Assembly: GCA_017478265.1 (NCBI GenBank)
Contig: JAFVDY010000011.1
Coordinates: forward strand, 1 to 43,422
Direction: 5' to 3'
DNA from: Muribaculaceae bacterium
Lineage (GTDB): Bacteria > Bacteroidota > Bacteroidia > Bacteroidales > Muribaculaceae
DNA: 43,422 nt
In this document: piece by piece, positions 17,056 through 26,997 of the stretch
How the letters are laid out: every line of letters begins with the position of its first letter
Numbering within the stretch: the stretch's first letter is position 1
Position numbers and translations under genes: made by a program
Notes under the pieces: generated by a model
Told to the model about the DNA's origin: nothing
The model's input: the letters and a program-made list of their open reading frames with translations, nothing else
Databases searched by the model: none

Positions 17056-17898
17056 TTATTGTTCACGGCTAAGGGCGCGGAATTGCATTGGACTCACGCC
17101 CGTGTGGCGCTTGAAGTAACGACAGAAGAAGGAGGTGTCGCTGAAGTTGTAGTCCCATGCTATTTGATTGATGCTCTCACCGCTGTCGCGCAGACGGAGT
17201 TTGAGTTGCATCACCACGTAGCGGTCGATAATGGTCTTTGCCGTCTCGCCAGTGATACGCCGCACTATTGAGTTGAGATACTTGGTTGAGAGCGACAATT
17301 GACTCGCGTAGAACGCGACCTCGCGCGAACGCATAAAGTTAGTCTCGAGCGCCACCATCAAGTCGTAAAACCTATCGTGGATAAGCTGAGAGCCTTCGAG
17401 TGCAGGTTGCTCACGACGATTACGATAAATCCAGTCGTAGAAACCAAGAAAGAACGCCTTAAGTTGGTAGAGCACCAACTGATCGAGGCATATACAGTCG
17501 TGCTGAGAGAAATAAACCTTCAGCAGCGAGAACATATTGTCGATGATAGTGGTTACAATCGGACAATCATTGCGACAACGGTCAGCGCGCAAGAGCGAGT
17601 AAACCGTCTGCTCAAGCTGCACACTCGCCTCACGGAGCAATTCCTTGTCGAAACGCAATAGTTCCACCTCGAAGTCGGCGCTCGTATCATGCAACCACAC
17701 CACATCGCCGGGGAAAAGGGTGATAACGGCTCCTGTTGGCAACTGCCAGTCGACAAAGTCGACCCTAATGCGCGACGAGCCATAGCGGCACAGCATAATA
17801 ATGCCCTGGTCTATCACCTGCGGCTCATCACGCCACTCGGCTAATCTGCTGTAAGCTAACGTGGCGCGAGTGCTCGATTGTCCTATCAACTGCGGCAT
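17056..17898 (-). CDS. AraC family transcriptional regulator
   Basis: C-terminal double HTH (VAFYASQLSLSTKYLN; IAWDYNFSDTSFFCRYFKRHTGVSP); divergent from the efflux operon. Confidence 0.93.
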   Translation of the reverse strand: MPQLIGQSSTRATLAYSRLAEWRDEPQVIDQGIIMLCRYGSSRIRVDFVDWQLPTGAVITLFPGDVVWLHDTSADFEVELLRFDKELLREASVQLEQTVYSLLRADRCRNDCPIVTTIIDNMFSLLKVYFSQHDCICLDQLVLYQLKAFFLGFYDWIYRNRREQPALEGSQLIHDRFYDLMVALETNFMRSREVAFYASQLSLSTKYLNSIVRRITGETAKTIIDRYVVMQLKLRLRDSGESINQIAWDYNFSDTSFFCRYFKRHTGVSPMQFRALSREQ

Positions 17899-18053
17899 AC
17901 AAGTTCGGTTTTAAGCCACAAAGGTAGCAATTTTTTGGCTAATTTTTACCTTCGGTTCGCAAAAATCCCATTTTTAGCGATAAATAGTTAACTCCATATA
18001 AGCGCAAAATGTCGACCTTTTCATCACAAAACCGAGAGGTAATAACAAAAAAA

Positions 18054-19364
18054 ATGCGACAATTCATTAAATTAACATTGGCGATAACAATTGTTACCGC
18101 CATGACGCTCAACGCGAAAGCCGAGCGTATTCTCTCTGTTGACAACCTTTTCACTCTAATCGAACAGAACAGTAGCGAACTTGCCACATTGCGTAGCGCC
18201 ACAGCGGCGGCCGACGAGGGCATAGCGGCGGCAAGAGCTGCCCGTTTGCCAGACATCAACGCCTCGCTGGCTCTCAATTACAACGGCAACGCGCTGCTAA
18301 CCAATCGCCAATTTGGAGATGCCATGTGGACCCATGTGCCTCACTTTGGCAACACTCTGTCGCTGGAGTGCGTACAGGTACTCTATAGCGGTGGAGCCAT
18401 CACCGCCGGAGAGCAATTGGCACGCTTGGGTAAGGAGCAGACTCTTGTCGCTACCGAGCTTACGCGGTCGCAACAGCGATTCTTGGCTATTTCTCATTAT
18501 CTGGATTTGTTTAAAATCGACAATGGCATACGAGTGTACGACAGCAATATAGCGCTCACACGACGACTGATTGACGACATCACCGAGCGCTACAATCAGG
18601 GAATGGTGCTGCGAAACGATGTCACTCGCTATGAGTTGCAACTAGAGACTCTTCTGCTGGGTAAGGTGCAACTGGAAGACCGACGCGCGATTGCCAACCA
18701 CCGGCTATGCAACCTGCTCGGACTCGATGTGAACGAACGCCTTGTGCCCGACGATGCCATCCTCGCCACTCTGCGCGACAGCGACACGGAGCAACTGTGG
18801 CAGCAACGAGCACTCGACGCTTCGCCGGCATTGCGCCGATGCGACCTCAACACGCAAGTGGCGCGACAAGAGGAACAACTCGCACGCAGCGAGATGTTGC
18901 CAAAAATCAGCGTCATAGCAGCCAACAACTTCACCGGACCGATACTCACCGAGGTACCGCCAATCAACAAGAATATAAACACGTGGTTCATCGGGGTAGG
19001 GGTGAAGTACAACCTCGGCTCGCTATACAAGAGTAACCACAAACTTAAACAAGCGAAACTTAATACGCAACGCACTGTGGAACAGCGAACAGTGGTTGTA
19101 GAACAACTCAACAACGACGTGCAAAGCGCCTACACGCTCTACCGGCAGTCGTTCGTGGCGCTCAACACACAGCAAAAGAGCGTACAGTTGGCAACCCAAA
19201 ACTATGAGGTGGTGAACGACCGCTATCTCAATCAGTTGGCAATTATAACCGATATGATTGACGCCTCGAACGTCCGCCTCAATGCCGAACTACAAGAGGT
19301 TGACGCCAGAGTCAACACCATCTTCGCGCTCTACCGCCTGAAATATGCTTCCGGAACACTTTAA
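18054..19364 (+). CDS. TolC family outer-membrane efflux protein
   Basis: Signal peptide from MRQF (ATG 18054), OEP repeats (ARAARLPDI, ARSEMLPKI); upstream of HlyD and MFS genes. Confidence 0.92.
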   Translation: MRQFIKLTLAITIVTAMTLNAKAERILSVDNLFTLIEQNSSELATLRSATAAADEGIAAARAARLPDINASLALNYNGNALLTNRQFGDAMWTHVPHFGNTLSLECVQVLYSGGAITAGEQLARLGKEQTLVATELTRSQQRFLAISHYLDLFKIDNGIRVYDSNIALTRRLIDDITERYNQGMVLRNDVTRYELQLETLLLGKVQLEDRRAIANHRLCNLLGLDVNERLVPDDAILATLRDSDTEQLWQQRALDASPALRRCDLNTQVARQEEQLARSEMLPKISVIAANNFTGPILTEVPPINKNINTWFIGVGVKYNLGSLYKSNHKLKQAKLNTQRTVEQRTVVVEQLNNDVQSAYTLYRQSFVALNTQQKSVQLATQNYEVVNDRYLNQLAIITDMIDASNVRLNAELQEVDARVNTIFALYRLKYASGTL

Positions 19365-19392
19365 ACAACAGGGCTAAAATAACGATAACACA

Positions 19393-20475
19393 ATGATAAA
19401 GAACAAGAAACTTATTAAGAGAATTTACAACGTAGTGATAATAGCCATAATGCTTGTGGCGCTAGGATGGATTGTGAGCCGATTTTGGCATCCGGGCAAC
19501 GTGGTATATACCGACGACGCGCAGGTTCATCGCCACATCAATCCCATCAACACTCGTGTCCAAGGATTTATCAAGGAGATACGCTTCGAGGAGTTTCAGC
19601 ATGTGAAGAAAGGCGACACCTTAGTGATAATAGAGGATGCCGAGTTCCAACTGCGATTGGCGCAAGCGCGCGCCGGAGTACGCGGCTCGCAAAGCGGCTC
19701 GCAAGCCGTTGCCGCCGGCATGACCACAACGTCGAGCAATGTGAATGTCGCCAGCGAGGGCGCACGTGCGGCAGTGGCCGACGTTGACGGAGCACGCATC
19801 GCGATGGACAACGCGCGTAAGGATTTAGACCGCTACGACGCACTTTTGGCAAAGGGGAGTGTTACACAACAGCAATATGACGCCATCAAGGCGCAATACG
19901 ACGGCGCCAAGAGTCGCTGGGAGGCCGCTCAGGCGCGGCAAAGCCAAGCCACCGCCGCCACGCGCGCCACAGCCGTGGTGCGCAACGAGCAAGCACAACG
20001 CCTCAACCAGTCGAACGCCGGAGTGAGCGTGGCGCAGGCGCAAGTAAATCTGGCGCAACTCAACCTGTCGTACACCGTGATTGTGGCCAGCTGCGACGGC
20101 ATTGTCACTCGCAAAAATATACACGAGGGACAACTCGTGCAACCGGGACAACTGTTGCTCACCATAGTCGACGATAGCGAGGTGTGGGTTACCGCCAACT
20201 ATCGCGAGACGCAGATGAAGCATATTGCCGTGGGTAACAAAGTGGAATTCAGCGCCGACGCCATCGACGGTGTCACCTTTCACGGAGTGGTGCAGAGCAT
20301 AAGTGGCGCTACAGGGAGCGCATTGAGCGGAGTGCAGATCGACAATGCCACTGGCAACTTTGTGAAAGTGGAGCAACGTGTGCCGGTAAGGATTACTCTC
20401 ACCAACGACAACGACCCGAAAGCGGTAGCGCGCCTACTGGCGGGCTTGAATGTGGAGACAAAAGTGCTATATTGA
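19393..20475 (+). CDS. HlyD/EmrA family membrane fusion protein
   Basis: TDDAQV, VKKGDTLVII, WVTANYRETQ, DNATGNFVKVEQRVPVRI. Confidence 0.94.
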   Translation: MIKNKKLIKRIYNVVIIAIMLVALGWIVSRFWHPGNVVYTDDAQVHRHINPINTRVQGFIKEIRFEEFQHVKKGDTLVIIEDAEFQLRLAQARAGVRGSQSGSQAVAAGMTTTSSNVNVASEGARAAVADVDGARIAMDNARKDLDRYDALLAKGSVTQQQYDAIKAQYDGAKSRWEAAQARQSQATAATRATAVVRNEQAQRLNQSNAGVSVAQAQVNLAQLNLSYTVIVASCDGIVTRKNIHEGQLVQPGQLLLTIVDDSEVWVTANYRETQMKHIAVGNKVEFSADAIDGVTFHGVVQSISGATGSALSGVQIDNATGNFVKVEQRVPVRITLTNDNDPKAVARLLAGLNVETKVLY

Positions 20476-20505
20476 TTATCAATCGCTTTAACTCTTTACT
20501 GAATA

Positions 20506-22026
20506 ATGGCTTGGGATGAGAAATTTTCGATGCCGATGTATCACAACCGCGTCCCGCAGGCAGTGCGACCGTGGATATATGTGATTTTCGCTATTATTTT
20601 CCAACTTACAGGCACTATATATCTTGGCGCGCTCAGCCAGGAGATGGGCACACTTAGCTTAATGCGCGAGGATGTGATGATGATAGGCATGATGGGAGTG
20701 ATAGGCGTGAATATGCCGTTCCCGTTCCTTTTCAACTTCAAACTCCGCTATCCTAATAAGACGTTGCTAATCAATGCCGCGACCATCATTTTGGTGTGTA
20801 ATATATTGAGTGTTTATGTTACTGATGTGCCGCTGCTATGCGCCCTGTCGTATATAGCCGGTTTCATGAAGTTGTGCGGCACTTTTGAGTGTTTTTCCAA
20901 CATACGACTGTGGATTTCGCCTAAACAGGACTTCGGAGTGTTCCTGCCCACTATTTACATTGTCATTCTCGGGGCGCAAAGTCTGAGCACATGGCTTACG
21001 GTTGAGGTCTCATACTATTGTGATGGTTGGCAGGCAATGAATTGGGTTATGAGCGCTTTGTTGATGGTGATGATACTGCTGATATTCGTGCTCACGCGCA
21101 ATAAAATGTTCTTGCCGCAACGGTCCATTAAGAGCCTAGACTGGTTGGGGTGCCTGCTGTGGAGCACTGTTATGGCTGAGGTTATATTTCTTTTCCTTTA
21201 TGGAGAATATTACAACTGGACCGACAGCAAACTGTGGTGCTCCGTAGCTATTGCCACACCGCTTACGCTCATAGTGTGTGTAATGCGCATGAACCGCATT
21301 CGACACCCCTATATAATTCCCGGAGCTTGGAAGCACAAACGACTGGTGCCTATTTTAGCTCTATTTGCCATTGCCGAGGTGATGAACGCCACGCCCGGGG
21401 TGCTGCAAAGCACATTCACAGGAGCTATACTGCACTGGGGTGACATCACTCTTAATGTGCTTAACATATGGGAACTGGCGGGGAGCGCGCTCGGCTGCTT
21501 ACTCACCATTTGGTGGGGAGTGGCGGCACGATGGCGCTATACACAGCTACTCACATTGGCTTTTGCTTTTATGCTTTACTATCAGGTGTTTATGTACTTC
21601 AACGTTTCGCCAGATATGAACATTGAGCGGCTTTACATTCCGCTTTTGCTCAAATCGGCGGGATATGCCGTATTCTTCTCAACAATGACTATCTACCTCA
21701 AGTGGCTGATTGCATTCCCAACTTTCTTTATGGCGCTCACTATGTCGGGATTTATACGCAACGGTGTGATGGGAAGCATCAGTAGCGGCATCTACAGTTT
21801 TAGCCTCCGCTATCATATAGCCGATGGACTGGTACGTCTCAACCCGCAGGACATAACATCAATCGTAATGTCAAGCGTCAAGCAGAGCTATGGTTGGGTG
21901 TGCTGGCTTGGCATTATAGTGCTGTTTGCCATGCTGTTGTATCAAGTCAACAGTGTGCGCGAAATAGTGAAGCGGGTTTCGTTGCCGCTTCCGCGATTTG
22001 AGCGTTTATACAAATTTTTATCCTAA
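20506..22026 (+). CDS. MFS-type (EmrB-like) efflux membrane protein
   Basis: Roughly 13-14 hydrophobic segments, LDWLG motif, third gene of a TolC-HlyD operon. Confidence 0.8.
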   Translation: MAWDEKFSMPMYHNRVPQAVRPWIYVIFAIIFQLTGTIYLGALSQEMGTLSLMREDVMMIGMMGVIGVNMPFPFLFNFKLRYPNKTLLINAATIILVCNILSVYVTDVPLLCALSYIAGFMKLCGTFECFSNIRLWISPKQDFGVFLPTIYIVILGAQSLSTWLTVEVSYYCDGWQAMNWVMSALLMVMILLIFVLTRNKMFLPQRSIKSLDWLGCLLWSTVMAEVIFLFLYGEYYNWTDSKLWCSVAIATPLTLIVCVMRMNRIRHPYIIPGAWKHKRLVPILALFAIAEVMNATPGVLQSTFTGAILHWGDITLNVLNIWELAGSALGCLLTIWWGVAARWRYTQLLTLAFAFMLYYQVFMYFNVSPDMNIERLYIPLLLKSAGYAVFFSTMTIYLKWLIAFPTFFMALTMSGFIRNGVMGSISSGIYSFSLRYHIADGLVRLNPQDITSIVMSSVKQSYGWVCWLGIIVLFAMLLYQVNSVREIVKRVSLPLPRFERLYKFLS

Positions 22027-22100
22027 AAAGCATTGTAAATGTCGTAATTGGCTGTTTTTGTCGATTTTTTTTGTAAATTTGCGGGCTATAAAGGATAAAA

Positions 22101-23123
22101 ATGGACGAAGAATTCAACATACGACAGGAGCGATTTGCCGGCACCGACAGCGACTTTGAGAAGGCGTTGCGACCCGAACGCTTTGGCGATTTCGCCGGAC
22201 AAGAGGGTATTATAAAAAACCTTAAGGTGTTTGTCGCAGCAGCCAAGATGCGCGGCGAAGCCCTCGACCACACTCTGTTCTACGGTCCCCCAGGACTTGG
22301 CAAGACCACGCTGAGCAACATCATCGCCAACGAATTGGGAGTTGGCTTCAAAGTGACAAGTGGACCCGTGCTCGACAAACCCGGCGACTTGGCGGGACTG
22401 CTTACATCGCTCGAAGAGAACGATGTACTGTTTATCGACGAGATTCACCGCCTCAGCCCTATAGTTGAAGAATATCTATATAGCGCGATGGAAGACTATC
22501 GCATTGATATAATGATAGATAAAGGGCCGGGAGCGAGATCGGTACAGCTCACATTGTCGCCGTTCACGCTTATTGGCGCCACCACGCGCAGCGGTCTGCT
22601 CACGGCGCCGTTGCGTGCCCGTTTCGGCATAAACTGCCACTTAGAATATTACAATAGCGACGTGCTTCAGGGCATCATCAGCCGCTCGGCACGCCTGCTA
22701 CGCGTCCCTATAGACGATGACGCCGCACGAGAGATTGCCATGCGCTCACGAGGCACGTCACGTATCGCCAACGCGCTGCTACGTCGCGTTCGCGACTTCG
22801 CGCAAGTGGAAGGAAGCGGCAAAATCGACATCGCAATAGCCAAATACGCTCTTGAGGCGCTTAACATCGACACTCACGGCCTCGACGAGGTGGATCACAA
22901 GATACTGCGAACTATTATCGATAAGTTTGGAGGCGGGCCTGTGGGTCTATCGACAATAGCCGTGGCGCTCAACGAGGATGCCGGAACGGTCGAGGAAGTG
23001 TACGAGCCGTATCTCATAAAGGAAGGTTTTATCAAGCGCACACCGCGCGGACGTGTGGTAACCGACCTCACCTATCGTCACCTTGGTATCAACCGTGGCG
23101 CGATGCAGGGCACTTTGTTCTAA
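22101..23123 (+). CDS. ruvB: Holliday junction branch migration helicase RuvB
   Basis: [39 protein letters not shown]...TPRGR. Confidence 0.98.
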   Translation: MDEEFNIRQERFAGTDSDFEKALRPERFGDFAGQEGIIKNLKVFVAAAKMRGEALDHTLFYGPPGLGKTTLSNIIANELGVGFKVTSGPVLDKPGDLAGLLTSLEENDVLFIDEIHRLSPIVEEYLYSAMEDYRIDIMIDKGPGARSVQLTLSPFTLIGATTRSGLLTAPLRARFGINCHLEYYNSDVLQGIISRSARLLRVPIDDDAAREIAMRSRGTSRIANALLRRVRDFAQVEGSGKIDIAIAKYALEALNIDTHGLDEVDHKILRTIIDKFGGGPVGLSTIAVALNEDAGTVEEVYEPYLIKEGFIKRTPRGRVVTDLTYRHLGINRGAMQGTLF

Positions 23124-23127
23124 ACCT

Positions 23128-23703
23128 ATGACATTCAACTGGCTTGACATCACTACTACCGCTCTCGGATTAGCGTATATTATCCTGGAGTGGCGCGCGT
23201 CGTGGGTGATGTGGATAGTGGGTATTGCCATGCAACTGCTTGGAATAGCGCTCTATTACCAGAAAGGACTATATGCCGACTGCGGTATGGAGTTCTATTA
23301 TCTTGCCATCTCTGTTTACGGCTTGATTCTTTGGACAAAACATTTATCAAAAACACAAAAACCAGTCCCTCGCCCAATCACGCATATTCCCGCGCGCATG
23401 ATTGCGTATTGGACATTAGCGCTTGCCGCTATGTGGGGCGCAATATATTGTATATTAGCGTTTTTAACCGATTCAACGGTACCGGTTGCCGACAGCTTCA
23501 CCACCGCGCTAAGCATTGTGGGTATTTGGGCGTTGGCCCGCAAATACGTTGAGCAATGGCTCATTTGGATTGCCGTCGATGCTGTTACGTGTGTGCTGTA
23601 TTTCTATAAGGATATACCTTTCAAGGCGTCGCTCTACGGGCTATATGTTGTTATCGCCATCGCCGGCTACCTACGCTGGCGCCGCCTGGCCGTCGCACAA
23701 TAA
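23128..23703 (+). CDS. pnuC: PnuC family vitamin transporter (nicotinamide riboside or thiamine)
   Basis: DSFTTALSIVGIWALARKYVEQWLIWIAVD motif; ATG at 23128. Confidence 0.88.
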   Translation: MTFNWLDITTTALGLAYIILEWRASWVMWIVGIAMQLLGIALYYQKGLYADCGMEFYYLAISVYGLILWTKHLSKTQKPVPRPITHIPARMIAYWTLALAAMWGAIYCILAFLTDSTVPVADSFTTALSIVGIWALARKYVEQWLIWIAVDAVTCVLYFYKDIPFKASLYGLYVVIAIAGYLRWRRLAVAQ

Positions 23704-23740
23704 TAATAAGTATTTTTTTAATAAACTAAATTTTAATTCT

Positions 23741-24193
23741 TTAGATTAGCGACTCGCCGGTAACTGGATGTCGCCATTGAGGAGCGATTTCGGCAAAGGG
23801 AAGGCGGAAAAAGTCGCGTTGCATCAGGCGAGGGTGGGGCACTTGCAGCTGCGGCATGTCGATTACCTCGCTGCCGATAGCCATAATATCTATATCGATA
23901 ATGCGGTCGAGATAATTGCCATCGGCGTCGCGATGCGAACGGCCGCCGTTTAGTTCTCGCTCTATCTCATGGATTATGTCGAGCACCTCCAGAGGCTCGC
24001 AGAAGCTCTCTACCGCCACAGCCATGTTGAGATAAGGATTATCACTATCGTAACCCCAAGGCGCGCTCTCAACCACCTTCGAACGCGCCACAACTAATCC
24101 TATATCGATAGACACGCGCAGGTCGGCAGCCCATAAGTTTCCCTCGCGGTCGCCCAAATTACTCCCGTAATTCAAATAATAAGTCCTCCTCAT
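23741..24193 (-). CDS. folK: 2-amino-4-hydroxy-6-hydroxymethyldihydropteridine diphosphokinase
   Basis: GSNLGDR, YLN, DRIIDIDI, VPHPRLMQRDF; ATG at 24193. Confidence 0.94.
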   Translation of the reverse strand: MRRTYYLNYGSNLGDREGNLWAADLRVSIDIGLVVARSKVVESAPWGYDSDNPYLNMAVAVESFCEPLEVLDIIHEIERELNGGRSHRDADGNYLDRIIDIDIMAIGSEVIDMPQLQVPHPRLMQRDFFRLPFAEIAPQWRHPVTGESLI

Positions 24194-24224
24194 AGCTTTT
24201 GTCAATTTCCTCAAAGTTTTTTTC

Positions 24225-24779
24225 TTATAGCAAGGGGTTTTTGACTATGGTTTGATGGAATAAATTCTTCATATATTCGAAATTTTTAATGAGTAAATCG
24301 ATGTCAATCTCACTTGAGGGTACTATTTTCAACACTTTACCTTTGTTGAGGTAGACACGTACGGCTTCGTTTTCTTTTTCGTCATACACATTAGTAAGCA
24401 GAGCGAACACCGGATCACCGCTTTCAATATCGTAGAGATACTCGTTGTAATATTTATGTCCGCCTATGTTGAAACTATGGCGCACTAAATATAGCGTGCT
24501 GTGCCAATTCAGATAGTCCGATTCATCATCCTCGTGAAGGTCGAGACAGGTGAAGAAGAAGTCAATCTTCTCCTTATGCGGGCCACTGCCGGGATACATC
24601 TGGTCGATGTTGATGCTGAACGTGTTACGCGTGTTAGGCTCAATATCGGCAAAACCAATTAGCTCTTGCGCTTCAGCGTAAAGCTTGCGGATATGCGCGA
24701 TTTTCGCGTCAACATTCTGCGCGACGGCAATGCCCGCGCCCATGGCGCAAAGCAACAAAATATACATAATTCTTTTCAT
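24225..24779 (-). CDS. Secreted hypothetical protein
   Basis: Signal peptide ending AVA-Q; 184-aa ORF co-oriented between nadA and folK. Confidence 0.8.
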   Translation of the reverse strand: MKRIMYILLLCAMGAGIAVAQNVDAKIAHIRKLYAEAQELIGFADIEPNTRNTFSINIDQMYPGSGPHKEKIDFFFTCLDLHEDDESDYLNWHSTLYLVRHSFNIGGHKYYNEYLYDIESGDPVFALLTNVYDEKENEAVRVYLNKGKVLKIVPSSEIDIDLLIKNFEYMKNLFHQTIVKNPLL

Positions 24780-24800
24780 AACCTATTTAATTTTAATTTA

Positions 24801-25769
24801 TTATTTACTTAATTCCAACATACGGCGGATGGGCTTTACCGCACGCTTGGCAAGTTCACGATCCACCTCGATGGTGGGCGCCATGAACTTGAGCGAGTTG
24901 TAAAGTTTCTCGAGAGTAATCAGTTTCATGAAGTTACACTCGTTGCAGGCGCAAGTGCCGTCCTCGGGCGGAGCAGGAATAAAAGTCTTGCCCGGGCAAA
25001 GCTGTCGCATCTTAAACAATATACCGCTCTCGGTGGCGACAATAAACTTGGTAGCATCGCTATCGATCGCGAAATTCAGCAGAGCTTGAGTAGAGCCCAC
25101 CTTATCGGCAATCAAGCGTATAGGCTTGGGACACTCAGGGTGGACAAGAATCTTAGCATCGTCATTCTCTTTCTTCAGTTGCACCAGTTTGGCCACCGAG
25201 AACTGCTCGTGCACATGGCAAGCGCCGTCCCAAAGCACCATCTTGCGACCCGTCACGCTATTGATATAATTGCCGAGGTTGCGGTCGGGTCCGAAGATAA
25301 TCTTCTCGTCGGCAGGCAGCGAGTCTACTATCTTCTGCGCGTTGGAGCTTGTGACTACTATATCGGTGAGCGCCTTTACGGCAGCGGTGGTGTTGACATA
25401 GCTGATTACAGTGTGCCCCGGATGCGCATCGATAAAAGCGGCAAACTCGTCGGCCGGACAACTGTCGGCGAGTGAGCATCCCGCGCTGAGGTCGGGCACG
25501 ATCACCGTCTTGTCGGGACACAAAATCTTTGCCGTCTCGCCCATAAAGTGAACGCCACACAGCACGATAACCGGTGCCTCCTCTTTTGCCGCCAGCTGCG
25601 CCAGCGCCAGCGAGTCTCCTATATGGTCGGCGAGCTCTTGTATTTCGTCGCGCTGATAGTAGTGCGCCATTATTACGGCGTTACGCTCCTTCTTAAGTCG
25701 TAGTATTTCCGCCTTAAGGTCGATGCCGGCGGGAATTGGCTCGTCGATATATCCTTTTTCCACAATCAT
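24801..25769 (-). CDS. nadA: Quinolinate synthase
   Basis: AHYYQ, GDSL, CGVHFMGETAK, GCSLA, YVNT, CHVH, VHPEC, CNECNFMK. Confidence 0.97.
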   Translation of the reverse strand: MIVEKGYIDEPIPAGIDLKAEILRLKKERNAVIMAHYYQRDEIQELADHIGDSLALAQLAAKEEAPVIVLCGVHFMGETAKILCPDKTVIVPDLSAGCSLADSCPADEFAAFIDAHPGHTVISYVNTTAAVKALTDIVVTSSNAQKIVDSLPADEKIIFGPDRNLGNYINSVTGRKMVLWDGACHVHEQFSVAKLVQLKKENDDAKILVHPECPKPIRLIADKVGSTQALLNFAIDSDATKFIVATESGILFKMRQLCPGKTFIPAPPEDGTCACNECNFMKLITLEKLYNSLKFMAPTIEVDRELAKRAVKPIRRMLELSK

Positions 25770-25789
25770 TTTATTATTTTCTTTTATTT

Positions 25790-26180
25790 TAAATTTAATT
25801 CTTTATAAAAAAATAATCAATAACAACAATGTCTGTTGAAAGTGTTGAAACTTTTGGCCGCTAAAGCTTGCTTTTTAAGTTATTAAACACCAAAGCACTA
25901 TAATCAACATAGCTATCAACAACCTTAAATACTGAAAAACCGATATATTACAAAAGTTATCAACAGACTGTTAACAAACCGCAAAGTTAATAATTTTTTG
26001 AATAAACAATTCACAAAACCGCCAAAAAATAGTGTTAAAAAGAAAAACAAAAAATGTGTACAAACTTTTTGGAGAAAATCCGGACATGGCTATATGAGCA
26101 AAAAAATGGAAATCGCAAGAAAAAAATCCACATTTTTTCCAAAAGTTATCCCCAACAATTCACAACCTTATCCACAAGCA
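25790..26180. promoter_or_regulatory. oriC: Probable chromosomal replication origin oriC
   Basis: AT-rich gene-free interval with TTATCCACA (26168-26176), TTATCCCCA (26146), TTATCAACA (25957) and further degenerate boxes. Tandem minus-strand boxes at 25834-25851 sit next to trinucleotide repeats and an AT tract. parS sites and mnmG are nearby. Confidence 0.75.
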
Positions 26181-26189
26181 TAAAAGCTA

Positions 26190-26975
26190 TTAATGTGAAG
26201 AGGATTGTAGGAGGTAGTCGTGCAGGGTGGGGGAGAAGGTGATGGCGGGGTTGTCGAACACGCGGTTCATGGCGCCGGAGGCGGTGATGCGTTCGGGTGT
26301 GTCGGCGATTAATTGTCGGTCGCGGGTGATGAGCCAGAGTCGGTCGGCAAGCATGAGCGATTGCGCGATGTCGTGGCTTGAGAGCAGGACGGCTTTGTTG
26401 TGTTCGTGTGCGAGCGAGTGTAGGAGTTGCATGGTTTCGATACGGCTTGCCACGTCGAGAAAGGCCGTGGGCTCGTCGAGAATGATGATGGGCGTTTCTT
26501 GCGCTAAAGCCCTGGCTATCATCGCTTTTTGCCGTTCGCCGTCGCTCAGGTCTTGGATGTTGTTGTGCGCTTTATGGGCTATGTCCGCATCGGTCATGGC
26601 TTTGTTGACGATGTCGCGGTCGTGGCTGTCGAGTCGTCCGAGCAGTCCTGTATGTGGTTGTCGTCCGAGGGCCACAATTTCCTCTACAGTGAGAGCCCCC
26701 GCTATGGCGCGTGTGGTGGCAACGAGGCCTATTAGTCGTGATAGCTGTCGTGGGCTGAGCGTTGATGCGTCTTGTCCGTCGATGGTGATGGTGCCGTCGT
26801 GTGGTGGTGTAGAGAGAGTCAGGGCTCGCAGAAGGGTGGATTTGCCCACACCGTTCTTGCCCAGCAGAGCCACCATTTCGCCCGGCGCGAGACTGAGGTT
26901 TAGTCCGGAGAGTAGGGTGGTGCGGTGCTTACCGCGTCCGTATCCCACCGCGAGATTATGTGTAGTAAGAAGCAT
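26190..26975 (-). CDS. ABC transporter ATP-binding protein (FepC/BtuD-like)
   Basis: GKNGVGKST, LSDGERQK, IILDEPTAFLD, SSHD. Confidence 0.93.
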   Translation of the reverse strand: MLLTTHNLAVGYGRGKHRTTLLSGLNLSLAPGEMVALLGKNGVGKSTLLRALTLSTPPHDGTITIDGQDASTLSPRQLSRLIGLVATTRAIAGALTVEEIVALGRQPHTGLLGRLDSHDRDIVNKAMTDADIAHKAHNNIQDLSDGERQKAMIARALAQETPIIILDEPTAFLDVASRIETMQLLHSLAHEHNKAVLLSSHDIAQSLMLADRLWLITRDRQLIADTPERITASGAMNRVFDNPAITFSPTLHDYLLQSSSH

Positions 26976-26997
26976 TATCAAATTTTAAATTAAGGGG

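Noticed and set aside
17056-22026. AraC-TolC-HlyD-MFS locus as a novel system
   Set aside because: An ordinary EmrAB-TolC-type tripartite efflux arrangement that is common in Bacteroidales.
26227-26988. 253-aa plus-strand ORF (similarly 34027-34773, 34933-35550, 38906-39640, 13686-14333)
   Set aside because: All lie fully antisense to well-supported genes.
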